This document shows, one piece after another, positions 1 to 10,245 of a DNA stretch of 64,000 bases. Under the pieces are notes generated by a model. That model did not search any database, had not been told where the DNA came from, and was given only the letters and a program-made list of their open reading frames with translations. Origin of the DNA: Christensenella sp. (lineage in GTDB: Bacteria; Bacillota; Clostridia; Christensenellales; UBA3700); assembly GCA_022784465.1 (NCBI GenBank), contig JALFUR010000004.1:77804-141803 (forward strand), in the 5' to 3' direction. Made by a program: the position numbers and the translations under genes. Each line of letters begins with the position of its first letter. The first letter of the stretch is position 1.

Positions 1-52
1 TATGGTATGGAATATTAGGTAATATCAAAACTATACTTGGGAGGACACAAAA

Positions 53-709
53 GTGCAAAAAGATCCGTATATAATTTTAGGTCTAACAAATGAAGCTACA
101 CTAGAAGAAGTAGAAAATGCGTATAGATCATTAAGACAAAAGTATTCAAATCTTAGATTTGAAGAGGGAGAGATTGGTGCTAATGCTTCTAAAATGTTAG
201 GTCAAATTGAGATTGCATATAAAGATTGTTTAGATGATTTAAGACATAAAAATATTAAGGACACATATAACGGAAACGCATATGGGGAAATAGAAGCAAC
301 CATTAAATCAGGTAAACTTGAAGATGCGCAATCAATGTTAGATAAATGTGATATAAGAGATGCTGAATGGCATTATTATCAAGCGCAAATCTATTACAAA
401 AGACAATGGTACAATGAAGCTAAGAGTCAACTTGAAATTGCATGTGATTTAGACACTGAAAATAGTAAATATAAAACAACTTTAGAAAAACTTGAAAATG
501 TCATAAATAGAGAAAATGGCAATTTCCAACAAAGCAGTGGAGAAAATGTTAAACAAGATTCTAAACAAGAATCAAGAGCCGGTTATTCTCGTCCAAACAC
601 TTCAAACACAGCTTCTGATTCAGATGCATGTTGTAATGCATGTTCAAGCCTAATATGTGCAGATTGCTGCTGTGAATGTATGGGCGGCGATTTAATACCT
701 TGTTGTTAA
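53..709 (+). CDS. J-like domain protein with C-terminal cysteine-string tail
   Basis: 218-aa ORF with GTG start. N-terminus DPYIILGL..LEEVENAYRSLRQKY resembles J-domain helices I-II, but the HPD tripeptide is absent (KYSNLRF instead). The last 27 aa contain 10 Cys (ACCNACSSLICADCCCECMGGDLIPCC). Confidence 0.65.
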   Translation: MQKDPYIILGLTNEATLEEVENAYRSLRQKYSNLRFEEGEIGANASKMLGQIEIAYKDCLDDLRHKNIKDTYNGNAYGEIEATIKSGKLEDAQSMLDKCDIRDAEWHYYQAQIYYKRQWYNEAKSQLEIACDLDTENSKYKTTLEKLENVINRENGNFQQSSGENVKQDSKQESRAGYSRPNTSNTASDSDACCNACSSLICADCCCECMGGDLIPCC

Positions 710-710
710 A

Positions 711-1250
711 ATGAAGAAAATTGATGGCAAAATAGTAGCATTGAGCGGAGTATCGTCCGCTCTTTCAATTATTTTTACTTTATGTGCAATTTATATTCCA
801 TATGTAACAATTGCATGTTATGTTATTGCTGCGCTTTGTATAGCTTTGCCATTTATAAAAAGATCGGTAATTGGTGGCATTTTTGCCTATATTAGTTCTT
901 CATTAATTTCATTTTTTGTTGCTAACATTAACGTTCTGCCTTTTATATTATTTTTTGGAATATATTCAATTGTCGAATATCTTTTAGACTTTAGATTATT
1001 TGAAATCGAAAAAATCTCTAAGGGTATTAAATATACCATTAACATTGCTGTAAAGATAGTTTTTTATTTTGCAGCATTTTTCGCTATGTTTTATTTGATG
1101 AAAATATCTTTATCTGACTTTGTATTGTTCGGTATTGAGTGGACATTGCCGCTTCTTCTTATTGCTGGATTTGTATTTTTTGTCGTATATGATTTTTTAT
1201 ATAAAAAAGCATACATATTAATGGAAAGAACAATTATTAAGAGAATTTAA
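711..1250 (+). CDS. integral membrane protein, unknown function
   Basis: 179 aa, multiple hydrophobic helices. ATG lies 1 nt after the upstream stop, suggesting coupling to the J-like gene. Confidence 0.6.
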   Translation: MKKIDGKIVALSGVSSALSIIFTLCAIYIPYVTIACYVIAALCIALPFIKRSVIGGIFAYISSSLISFFVANINVLPFILFFGIYSIVEYLLDFRLFEIEKISKGIKYTINIAVKIVFYFAAFFAMFYLMKISLSDFVLFGIEWTLPLLLIAGFVFFVVYDFLYKKAYILMERTIIKRI

Positions 1251-1281
1251 ATATATTTAAAAAATTTTTAATTAATTCAAT

Positions 1282-1557
1282 ATGCATTTAAGAAAATTTG
1301 ATGAAATCTTTTCTGAACAAGTAAGTTCAGTTTCTCTTATACATGGAGATTTGAATATAGGAAATATTATTGTTAAAGATAATAAAGTATCTACCATTAT
1401 TGATCCAATGGGAGTTATGTGGGAAAATAGGGAAATTGAACTTTTTCAATTTGAGTGTTCAGGGTCAGATAATTATGATTTATTAGAGAAATATTTTTCA
1501 ATAAATAAACCAAGCAAAAAATTTGAATTAAAAATGCATTTTACAAGGCTTTTGTAG
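1282..1557 (+). pseudogene. 5'-truncated phosphotransferase (APH / fructosamine-kinase family) fragment
   Basis: The 91-aa ORF holds only the catalytic-loop half (LIHGDLNIGNIIV, then IIDP). The N-terminal ATP-binding lobe is missing, and an AT-rich non-coding stretch follows. Confidence 0.5.
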
Positions 1558-1748
1558 AAAATAACCACTATTGTCGAATAGGCAAAAAACAAGACAATTA
1601 TTTATCTAGTTTTTTTAAGCAATTAGAAAAAAAATATTATAATGTTTAAACTTTAATGAAATAATTATAAAAGTAGAATTAATCAATACTATTTTTAGTC
1701 TCTTTTGCTTTTTGCATTTACATAGAGTTAAAAAATTAACATTTTTTG

Positions 1749-1777
1749 TTGATATAAAATATCAAATAATTTATAAT
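1749..1777 (+). promoter_or_regulatory. sigma-A type promoter upstream of pckG
   Basis: TTGATA (1749-1754), 17-nt spacer, TATAAT (1772-1777), about 35 nt upstream of the pckG start codon. Confidence 0.6.
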
Positions 1778-1810
1778 GGGTAAGAAAGAATTTTTAAAGG
1801 AGATTATTTT

Positions 1811-3625
1811 ATGGAATTTAATTTCACAAAGAATGAACAAGTTAAATCTTGGTTACAATCTAGAATTGATTTAGTTAATCCAGATAAAGTTGTTTATATT
1901 GATGGTTCAGAAGAACTATACAAAAAATTGACAGATGAAGCTATTGCATCTGGCGAAATGATTAAATTAAATGAAAAGACATTGCCAGGATGTTTGCTTC
2001 ATAGAACAAAGCCAAACGACGTTGCTCGTGTTGAAGCAAGAACATTTATTTGTTGTAAAAACGAAGAAGATGCTGGTCGTATGTACAATTGGTGCGATCC
2101 TACAGAAATGCATGCTAAACTAGATGCTATTTTAAAGGATTCATACAAAGGCAAGACAATGTATATTATTCCATATTCAATGGGTCCAGTTGGTGGTCCA
2201 ATTTCTAAGATTGGATTAGAAGTAACAGATTCTATATACGTTGTATTAAACATGAGAATCATGACAAGAGTTGGACAAAATGTTATGGATGCTCTTGGAA
2301 ATAGTTCAGATTTCGTTAAAGGAACACATGCAAGTTGTGATGTTGATCCAGAAAACAGATATATCTGCCAATTCCCAGAAGAGAATGCTATTGTTTCAGT
2401 TAACAGTGCATATGGCGGAAACGTTCTACAAGGTAAAAAATGTTTTGCTCTACGTATAGCTTCTTACCAAGGTAAGAATGAAGGATGGATGGCTGAACAC
2501 ATGTTAATTCTTGGAATTAAGAGACCAGGAAAAGAAACAGTTTATATGTGTGCTGCATTCCCATCAGCTTGCGGAAAGACAAACTTAGCTATGTTAATCC
2601 CACCTAAGTCATTCCAAGAAAAGGGTTATGAAGTATTTACAGTAGGTGACGATATTGCTTGGATCAAACCAGGTGCAGATGGAAGACTATATGCTATCAA
2701 CCCAGAAAACGGATTCTTTGGTGTTGCTCCTGGAACTAACTCTAAATCAAACTACAATGCTTTAATGTCTACAAAGAAGAATGCAATCTTTACAAACGTT
2801 GCATGGAATCCAAAGACAAACGAAGTATGGTGGGAAGCATTAGAGAAAGATGATCCAGAAAAGAAGAAACCAGACTTCTTAATTGATTGGACAGGAAAAG
2901 ATTGGACTCCAGATACAGTTGATGCTGAAGGAAAGCCAGTTAAAGCTGCTCATCCAAACTCAAGATTTACAGCTCCAGCTGAAAATTGTCCTTGCATTTC
3001 TCCTGCATTTAAGACAGGCGAACCAGTTCCTGTAAGTGCATTTATCTTTGGTGGACGTCGTCCAACAACTGTACCACTTGTATATCAAGCTAAGTCTTGG
3101 GATAATGGTGTATTTATTGGTTCTATTATGGGTTCTGAAACAACAGCTGCTGCTACAGGTGCTGTAGGTGTTGTAAGAAGAGATCCAATGGCAATGAGAC
3201 CATTCTTTGGATACCATGTTGCTGATTATTTCCAACACTGGTTAGATATGGGTAAGATTGTTCCTGTTGATAAACAACCAAAAATCTTCAACGTTAACTG
3301 GTTTAGAACAGATGATAAAGGAAACTTCGTATGGCCAGGATTTGGAGATAATATGAGAGTTTTAGACTGGATGTTAAAGAGAATCGATGGAGAAGTAGAT
3401 GCAGTTGAAACTCCAATCGGATATCTTCCAAAGCCAGAAGATATTGATATATCAGATATTAAAGATTTCAGTGAAGATACATTAAAGAGCATTTTAACAG
3501 TAGATAAGGATGCTTGGAAGAAAGAAGCTGAAGGAATTAAAGAGTTCTATGCAACATTAGGACCTAAGATGCCTAAAGAATTATTAGAACAAGCTGATGC
3601 ATTATTAGCAAAATTCTCAAAATAA
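1811..3625 (+). CDS. pckG: phosphoenolpyruvate carboxykinase (GTP)
   Basis: 604 aa. Kinase-1a motif FPSACGKTNLAM, plus GDDIAW and NWF..D..G.F.WPGFG.N.RVL, all typical of GTP-PEPCK. SD AAAGGAG upstream. Confidence 0.93.
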   Translation: MEFNFTKNEQVKSWLQSRIDLVNPDKVVYIDGSEELYKKLTDEAIASGEMIKLNEKTLPGCLLHRTKPNDVARVEARTFICCKNEEDAGRMYNWCDPTEMHAKLDAILKDSYKGKTMYIIPYSMGPVGGPISKIGLEVTDSIYVVLNMRIMTRVGQNVMDALGNSSDFVKGTHASCDVDPENRYICQFPEENAIVSVNSAYGGNVLQGKKCFALRIASYQGKNEGWMAEHMLILGIKRPGKETVYMCAAFPSACGKTNLAMLIPPKSFQEKGYEVFTVGDDIAWIKPGADGRLYAINPENGFFGVAPGTNSKSNYNALMSTKKNAIFTNVAWNPKTNEVWWEALEKDDPEKKKPDFLIDWTGKDWTPDTVDAEGKPVKAAHPNSRFTAPAENCPCISPAFKTGEPVPVSAFIFGGRRPTTVPLVYQAKSWDNGVFIGSIMGSETTAAATGAVGVVRRDPMAMRPFFGYHVADYFQHWLDMGKIVPVDKQPKIFNVNWFRTDDKGNFVWPGFGDNMRVLDWMLKRIDGEVDAVETPIGYLPKPEDIDISDIKDFSEDTLKSILTVDKDAWKKEAEGIKEFYATLGPKMPKELLEQADALLAKFSK

Positions 3626-3646
3626 CAATAAATAAAAGATAATTAA

Positions 3647-3681
3647 AAATCCTCAAACAAGAAAAGTTTGGGGATTTTTTT
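3647..3681 (+). terminator. rho-independent terminator of pckG
   Basis: aaatcctcaaac / gtttggggattt stem (one G-U pair), 7-nt loop, T-run. Confidence 0.75.
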
Positions 3682-3760
3682 ATGCGAAATAGTTTGAGTT
3701 AAAAACCGACGCCTTACAATATGGTTTACTTTTTACAAAGTAAAGTGTAAAATAAATGAT

Positions 3761-6103
3761 ATGAATAAATTTGGAAGATTTGTTGTAGACAAAAGATTTA
3801 TAATACTTGCAGTTTTTATAGTTATGACTATAGCGTCAGTTGCAATGATTTTCTTTGTTCCTATTAATTCAGACATTTTATCTTATTTGCCATCAGGTCT
3901 AAAAATGACTGATGGTCTTGGCAAATTAAAAACCACATTCGGAATGGAAGCGGATGCCATGATTGGAGTTGGCGATGTTACATACGAAGAGATGGAAGCA
4001 ATTATTCAAAAAATTTCGGATAAATATGAAACGACAGATACAAACGATCCTAAAGGAATAAAGCCAGGTGGAATTTTATGGATAGGCATGATTGATGAAA
4101 TGCAAAACATGGACAATATTAATATGGGCTTTATTAATATTGATATGGGAGAAATGGGCAGTCAAATGCTAGATAATCAATCCCTTTTAGCAGTGTTTTA
4201 TCCTAATCCAGATAAAGATAATAATGATTTAATTACTTTTGATAAAACAGTTAAAGCAAAATATCTATTTATGCTTCAACTTGATGTTTCATCTTCATCA
4301 AATGAAGCTTTAAATATGCTTGATGACTTAGATGAGAATATTTTACCTGAAAATCATGCAATAGGCGGTTCAACTGAAATAGTAAGACAAATCTTTAGAT
4401 CTACTATTGATGAAATGTATAAATATATACTAGTAGCAGTTTTGGTAATGTTTATTGTTTTACTATTAACTACAGATACATTAATAGATTCAATAATATT
4501 TATCTTAACAATTGGAATATCAATTATTGTCAACTTGGGAACCAATATTGTATTTAAAGATGTTTCTATTGTCACCTTTGCATGTTCTGCCGTCTTGCAG
4601 CTTGCATTATCAATGGATTATTCTATATTCTTAATGCATTCTTTCTCCGAAGAAAAGAAGAGATGCTTAGATGAAAAAGAGGCAATGAGAAGAGCAGTGC
4701 CTAAGACATTCACAACAGTAACGGCATCAGCATTAACTACGCTTGGCGGATTTATGGCTCTATTTGTTATGAGATTTGGTATTGGTGCCGATTTAGGAAG
4801 AGTACTTGCAAAAGGTGTTATGTTGAGTTTAATAACAGTTGTATTGTTGCAACCTTGCCTAATGCTAATGTTCTCTAAGGTAAGAGAAAAAAGTGCTCAT
4901 AAACTTATGTTGCCAAAATTTAAATCAGTTGCAAAATTATCTATTTCTAAAAGATATATAATTGTTCTTATCGCTGTATTAATGCTTATTCCAGCAGCAG
5001 TATTGCAACAATTAGAATCTAACAACTTATCATATATAAAATTCGTTGATACACCAGAGTACGAAGAAGGTTCTGTTCAACAAGATGTAAATACTTTGTC
5101 TAATTCAATAATTGTACTTGTTCCAGTAGATAATAATGCAAACCAACAATTTATTGCAAAACTTGAAGAAATAAAAGCAGAAGATAGTGCAAAAGGTAGC
5201 AATAGCATTGCTGCGTATATGAGTATATACACTATGATTCCTGAAAATTATTCGTATCTATTACCTTTCCTTGAAAATAAAACCATGATGGATGCAATTT
5301 CCAAGATGGAAGGAGCGGAAATGATATCAGGCTTTGTAAATGATGGTTATACAATGTATGAAATCATGATAACCTGTGATGCAGAATCTCCAGAAGCAGA
5401 AGCTTTATTAAATAAAATTACGGCGGCAACTGACGAATGCTTTGGTTCTTCAGAAAAGGAAATATATATAACAGGAATGGCACAAGCCGTTTTAGATTTA
5501 AAGGAAATAACGCCAACAGACTTTATGCTTGTTACACTTATATCTGTACTTGTAATATTGCTTGTTTTAATTGTTTCTCAAAAATCTATAAAGATGCCTA
5601 TTTTATTAGTTGCGTTAATAGAACTTGGAATATTTATAAACTTGTCACTATGTTATATAGCGCACGAGGAAATAAACTTCATGTGTTACATTATATTGAG
5701 TTCAATACAGCTTGGTTCTACTGTCGATTATGCAATCTTGTATACAGATAAATATCAGCGCAATTTGGAATACATGTCTGCAAATGAAGCTGCATACAAA
5801 GCATTGAGAGATAGTGCCTCATCTATATTAACTTCTGTTTGTATCATGGCGGGTTGTTGTTTGTCAGTTACAATTGTTGCGTCAAATACGATTGTAAAAC
5901 AAATGACATGGTTAATTGCTCGTGGTTCAATTATTTCTGGTATATTAACAGTTTTAGTTTTGCCATCACTTCTTGTTGTATTTACAGGCCATAAGAAGCT
6001 AAAGAGACGTGGTTTACAACAATCTAGAATTGTGAAGAGTATAGATAGATACAACAAATCTAAAGCTAAAAAAGAAATAAACCAAGCAAATTCTGAATCT
6101 TAA
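3761..6103 (+). CDS. MMPL/RND-superfamily membrane transporter
   Basis: 780 aa with two blocks of clustered TM helices, each preceded by a large extracytoplasmic domain. This is MMPL-type topology. Confidence 0.75.
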   Translation: MNKFGRFVVDKRFIILAVFIVMTIASVAMIFFVPINSDILSYLPSGLKMTDGLGKLKTTFGMEADAMIGVGDVTYEEMEAIIQKISDKYETTDTNDPKGIKPGGILWIGMIDEMQNMDNINMGFINIDMGEMGSQMLDNQSLLAVFYPNPDKDNNDLITFDKTVKAKYLFMLQLDVSSSSNEALNMLDDLDENILPENHAIGGSTEIVRQIFRSTIDEMYKYILVAVLVMFIVLLLTTDTLIDSIIFILTIGISIIVNLGTNIVFKDVSIVTFACSAVLQLALSMDYSIFLMHSFSEEKKRCLDEKEAMRRAVPKTFTTVTASALTTLGGFMALFVMRFGIGADLGRVLAKGVMLSLITVVLLQPCLMLMFSKVREKSAHKLMLPKFKSVAKLSISKRYIIVLIAVLMLIPAAVLQQLESNNLSYIKFVDTPEYEEGSVQQDVNTLSNSIIVLVPVDNNANQQFIAKLEEIKAEDSAKGSNSIAAYMSIYTMIPENYSYLLPFLENKTMMDAISKMEGAEMISGFVNDGYTMYEIMITCDAESPEAEALLNKITAATDECFGSSEKEIYITGMAQAVLDLKEITPTDFMLVTLISVLVILLVLIVSQKSIKMPILLVALIELGIFINLSLCYIAHEEINFMCYIILSSIQLGSTVDYAILYTDKYQRNLEYMSANEAAYKALRDSASSILTSVCIMAGCCLSVTIVASNTIVKQMTWLIARGSIISGILTVLVLPSLLVVFTGHKKLKRRGLQQSRIVKSIDRYNKSKAKKEINQANSES

Positions 6104-6122
6104 ATAATTTAGATAAATAAAC

Positions 6123-6154
6123 AAAAATGGGAACCAGTTTTGGTTCCCATTTTA
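6123..6154. terminator. bidirectional terminator between the MMPL gene and serA
   Basis: atgggaacc / ggttcccat perfect stem, flanked by an A-run on the left and a T-run on the right. Confidence 0.8.
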
Positions 6155-6170
6155 GTTGTGTTTGTATTTA

Positions 6171-7319
6171 TTATAAAGCTCTTGCTTTAATGAATTTTGA
6201 ATTTAACAAATCAATTAATGAATTATCAATAGAATCTTTTGTGTCGATGATTACATATGTTAAATTGCCGCGCGAACTTGAATTAACAGCGCTAACATTA
6301 ATGTTGTTTGATTTAACAAGATCTTCTATGTAAGATACGCTTGTTTCAGAGCTAGCAAGAACTGTAATTCTATTTGCTTGTTTTGTTACTTTTAGATTTG
6401 GGAAATTAACAGAATTAATTACATTTCCGTTTTCAATATATTCTTTTAATTCATTTGCTGCCATAACTGCACAATTGTCTTCAGCTTCAGGAGTTGAGGC
6501 ACCAAGGTGAGGGAAAGTAATAACATTTTCAATGCCGATTAATTTTGCATTTGGTAAATCTGTAACAATTCTAGATAACTTTCCGCTCTTTACAGCTTCT
6601 ATTACATCATCATCGTTGAATAATTCACCTCTAGCGCAATTTATAATTACAGCGCCATCTTTCATCTTAGCAATATTTTCAGCATTAATCATTCCTTTTG
6701 TTTCGCCTGTTGCAGGAACGTGAAGTGTTATATAATCGGAAGAAGCATAAATATCGTCTAAATTTGTTGTAATCTTAACATTTGGATTTAGAGATTTTTT
6801 AGCAGAATCTGTTAAGAATGGATCATATCCAATAATGTTCATTCCAAGAGCGATAGCTGCATCAGAAACAAGTCTACCAATTGCTCCTAAACCAACGATA
6901 CCTAATGTTTTGCCGTAGATTTCAGGGCCAATAAATGCTTTTTTGCCTTTTTCGACACTCTTAGCTACTTCGTCATTTTTTTCAAGATTTTGAACCCAAT
7001 TTATAGCTGGATAAATTTTTCTTGAAGCAAGTAAAAGACCGCAAATAACTAATTCTTTAACAGCGTTTGCATTTGCACCTGGAGTATTGAAAACGCATAC
7101 GCCTTTTTCTGTCATTTGAGGAATAGGGATATTGTTTACACCAGCCCCAGCTCTAGCAACAGCAAGAACGGAATCTTCTAAAGCGTAATCATGCATTACA
7201 AAGCTTCTAACAAGAATAGCAACTGGATTGTCAATCTCGTCAGCAATTGTATATTTATCACTTGTAAGTGTTTCGTTAACTAAAGAACTAATAGGATTTA
7301 ATTTTTTAATATTATACAT
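6171..7319 (-). CDS. serA: D-3-phosphoglycerate dehydrogenase
   Basis: 382 aa. NAD-binding GIVGLGAIGR, 2-hydroxyacid dehydrogenase core, C-terminal ACT-like region. Directly downstream of serC. Confidence 0.9.
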   Translation of the reverse strand: MYNIKKLNPISSLVNETLTSDKYTIADEIDNPVAILVRSFVMHDYALEDSVLAVARAGAGVNNIPIPQMTEKGVCVFNTPGANANAVKELVICGLLLASRKIYPAINWVQNLEKNDEVAKSVEKGKKAFIGPEIYGKTLGIVGLGAIGRLVSDAAIALGMNIIGYDPFLTDSAKKSLNPNVKITTNLDDIYASSDYITLHVPATGETKGMINAENIAKMKDGAVIINCARGELFNDDDVIEAVKSGKLSRIVTDLPNAKLIGIENVITFPHLGASTPEAEDNCAVMAANELKEYIENGNVINSVNFPNLKVTKQANRITVLASSETSVSYIEDLVKSNNINVSAVNSSSRGNLTYVIIDTKDSIDNSLIDLLNSKFIKARAL

Positions 7320-7331
7320 TTTATCGCCTCA

Positions 7332-8408
7332 CTATTTGTTTGCAATTTCGAATTTCTTCATAAACTCGATTAAATCTTTTATACCTTGAACAGGCATAGC
7401 ATTATATATAGAAGCTCTCATTCCGCCAACAAGTCTATGACCTTTTATAGATAAGAATCCATTTTGAGATGCTTCTTTAATGAAAGCTGCATCTAAATCT
7501 GCATTTGGTGTTGTGAATGGAACATTCATAATAGATCTATCTTCCTTAACAACCTTATTTGTATAGAAAGAAGAATTATCAATAAAGTCATAAAGTAATC
7601 CAGCTTTATATTCATTGATTTGTTGTTGAGCTTTAACGCCACCGTTTTTCTTTAAATGTCTTAGATTTAACATTGTCATATAAATGCTAAAGCAAGGTGG
7701 TGTATTATATAAGCTGTTGTTTTCAACTTGAGTCTTCCACTTAAGCATAGTAGGGCAGATAGGCATACCATCTGTTACTAAATCATTTCTAACAATAACT
7801 ACAGTTAATCCTGCAGGTCCCATATTCTTTTGAGCACCAGCAAATAAAACGCCATATTTAGAAACGTCAATTTCTTCAGATAAAATCATAGAAGAAACGT
7901 CGGCTACAAGTGGAGCGTCTGTCTTTGGAAGATAAGGATATTTTGTTCCAAAAATTGTGTTGTTTTGACAAATATATAAATAGTCAATATCACTTCTTAT
8001 ATCTAATTCTTTAGGAATGTATGTAAAATTAGCATCTTCAGATGAACCAGCTAAATGAATATCTCCATATTTTTTAGCTTCTTTAAATGCTTTCTTTGCA
8101 AAGTTTCCTGTAACAACATAGTCTGCTTTTCCCTTAGAAAGAAGGTTTAGTGGTACTGCTTCAAATTGTGTCGAGCCTCCGCCTTGAACAAGAATTATTG
8201 AATAGTTTTCTGGAACATTCATTAATTCTCTGATTAAAGCAAGACACTCATTATTAATAGCGTCATATTGTTTGCTTCTATGAGACATTTCGCAAACGCT
8301 CATTCCACAACCTTGGTAATCTACTAAATCTTTTTGTGCTTCTTCTAATACTTCTACAGGAAGCATTGAAGGACCAGCTGAAAAATTGTAAACTCTGTTC
8401 ATTTTCAT
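7332..8408 (-). CDS. serC: phosphoserine aminotransferase
   Basis: 358 aa. N-terminus YNFSAGPSMLP and an overall class-V aminotransferase pattern. In an operon with serA. Confidence 0.9.
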   Translation of the reverse strand: MKMNRVYNFSAGPSMLPVEVLEEAQKDLVDYQGCGMSVCEMSHRSKQYDAINNECLALIRELMNVPENYSIILVQGGGSTQFEAVPLNLLSKGKADYVVTGNFAKKAFKEAKKYGDIHLAGSSEDANFTYIPKELDIRSDIDYLYICQNNTIFGTKYPYLPKTDAPLVADVSSMILSEEIDVSKYGVLFAGAQKNMGPAGLTVVIVRNDLVTDGMPICPTMLKWKTQVENNSLYNTPPCFSIYMTMLNLRHLKKNGGVKAQQQINEYKAGLLYDFIDNSSFYTNKVVKEDRSIMNVPFTTPNADLDAAFIKEASQNGFLSIKGHRLVGGMRASIYNAMPVQGIKDLIEFMKKFEIANK

Positions 8409-8574
8409 ATCTCCATTTTGTTAAAAATTTATAAATCTTTAATATTATATGCCCATATTACTTTTTATGCAAATGATTAAGCATATAAATTAACAAATAA
8501 TAAATGCGTATACGCATAGATAATAATTGCGTATGCGCGCATTTTTATATTATAATATGATACAAAGGAGCATT

Positions 8575-10245
8575 ATGTCTAAAGATTATAAAGCATTAAA
8601 AGTCGCATTTTTAGGCGGCGTTGGAGAAATAGGAAAAAATATAACGGCGATTATGTATGGCCAAGATATTTTACTAGTTGATTGTGGATCATCTTTTCCA
8701 ACATTAGATACACCTGGAGTAGATTTAATCATTCCAGATTTTTCATTTTTAGTTGAAAATGAAAAACATATAAAAGGCCTTGTTATTACACATGGACACG
8801 AAGATCATATTGGAGCAATTCCGTATTTATTAAAAGAAATTCCAAATATTCCAATATATGGAAGCGATTTAGCGGTTGCACTAATAAACCACAAATTAGT
8901 AGAGAGAAAGGTTAATACATCAAAATTAAATGTTGTTAAAAATGGAGATAAGGTTAAACTTGGTTCATTTACTGTTGAGTTTGTATCAGTAGCTCACTCA
9001 ATAATTGGAGCATTTGCACTTGCAATACAAACACCAGCCGGACTAATTTTCCACACTGGCGATTATAAAATTGACTATACGCCAATTGGAAATGCTGCGC
9101 CTGTAGATATCTCAAGCTTTGCTCGTATTGGAGAGCGCGGTGTTAAACTTATGCTTGGTGAATCAACTAACGTTGAAAAACCAGGACATACAATTTCTGA
9201 AAAACACGTTGGAAAAACTCTTGAAAAAGTATTTTTAACAAATCAGGATAAGAGAATTATTATTGCTACATTTGCATCAAATGTAAATAGAATTCAACAA
9301 ATAATAAACATTGCAGAAAAGGCAGGAAGAAAAGTTGCTTTCTCTGGAAGATCAATGATTAATATATCTGAAATGGCACTAGATTTAGGTCTTATAAAAA
9401 CAGACAGAAAAAATCTTGTTGATGCCGATGCGCTAAAAGATTATGCGCCAAATCAAGTTTGTATCATATCAACTGGATCTCAGGGAGAGCCAATGAGTGC
9501 ACTTACTCGTATGGCAAATGGAGAGGATAAAGTAGTTGTAACTAAGGATGATTTAATTGTCATTTCTTCTTCAGCAATACCAGGAAACGAAAAAGCTATA
9601 TATGGGGTTATAAACAATCTTTATAGAAGAGGAGCTAAAGTCCTATATGGCTCTCTTGAAGAATTGCATGTTTCAGGACACGCTTGTAGAGAAGAATTAA
9701 AGATGATGCTTTCTTTAATAAGACCACAGTTTTTCATTCCTGTTCACGGCGAGTATAGACATTTAAAACAACATGCTAAACTAGCAATGGACTTAGGAAT
9801 AAAAGAAGACAATATTTTAGTAACAGATATAGGTAATGTTGTTGAGATAAAAAGAAACAAAATTATGCTAGTTGAGGATATAAAAGCGGGAGCACAATTT
9901 GTTGATGGCTCAAACAATATTTCTAGAGAAATGATAAAAGAAAGAAAGCAATTATCTAATGAAGGCGTTGTTGTTATAGTATGTAGAATAAACTCATTAG
10001 AAAAGTCTTTAAGAAACGATATCATTATTGAGCCAAAGGGAATAAAATTAGACGATAGCATGATTAGAGAAATAGAAATAACTACTATGACTTGTTTTGC
10101 AGGCTTAGACTTTTCTAAAGGATTCAATAAAGATTCCTTTATAGAAACATTGAGCAAAAAAGTTAAAAGAAGATTGCAAAAGTATATTAATCAAAAGCCG
10201 GTAGTTATACCTATAATAATTGAGGAAACGCCTGATGAAATGTAA
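8575..10245 (+). CDS. rnj: ribonuclease J
   Basis: Metallo-beta-lactamase motif THGHEDHIG plus beta-CASP and RNase J C-terminal regions. I prefer ATG 8575 (SD AAAGGAG at 8563-8569) over the TTG at 8527 in the ORF track, which lies inside the promoter/palindrome region. Confidence 0.9.
   Translation: MSKDYKALKVAFLGGVGEIGKNITAIMYGQDILLVDCGSSFPTLDTPGVDLIIPDFSFLVENEKHIKGLVITHGHEDHIGAIPYLLKEIPNIPIYGSDLAVALINHKLVERKVNTSKLNVVKNGDKVKLGSFTVEFVSVAHSIIGAFALAIQTPAGLIFHTGDYKIDYTPIGNAAPVDISSFARIGERGVKLMLGESTNVEKPGHTISEKHVGKTLEKVFLTNQDKRIIIATFASNVNRIQQIINIAEKAGRKVAFSGRSMINISEMALDLGLIKTDRKNLVDADALKDYAPNQVCIISTGSQGEPMSALTRMANGEDKVVVTKDDLIVISSSAIPGNEKAIYGVINNLYRRGAKVLYGSLEELHVSGHACREELKMMLSLIRPQFFIPVHGEYRHLKQHAKLAMDLGIKEDNILVTDIGNVVEIKRNKIMLVEDIKAGAQFVDGSNNISREMIKERKQLSNEGVVVIVCRINSLEKSLRNDIIIEPKGIKLDDSMIREIEITTMTCFAGLDFSKGFNKDSFIETLSKKVKRRLQKYINQKPVVIPIIIEETPDEM

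Noticed and set aside
1999-3492. Several 60-90-aa ORFs inside pckG (1999-2262, 2271-2459, 2960-3238, 3226-3492). Similar shadow ORFs occur inside the MMPL gene, rnj, der, gdhA, ileS and others.
   Set aside because: They lie antisense or out of frame within strongly supported genes, their translations are low-complexity, and they have no SD.
8527-8574. TTG-initiated N-terminal extension of RNase J
   Set aside because: The extension covers the palindrome and -10 region. ATG 8575 has a strong SD, and the conserved RNase J N-terminus starts there.
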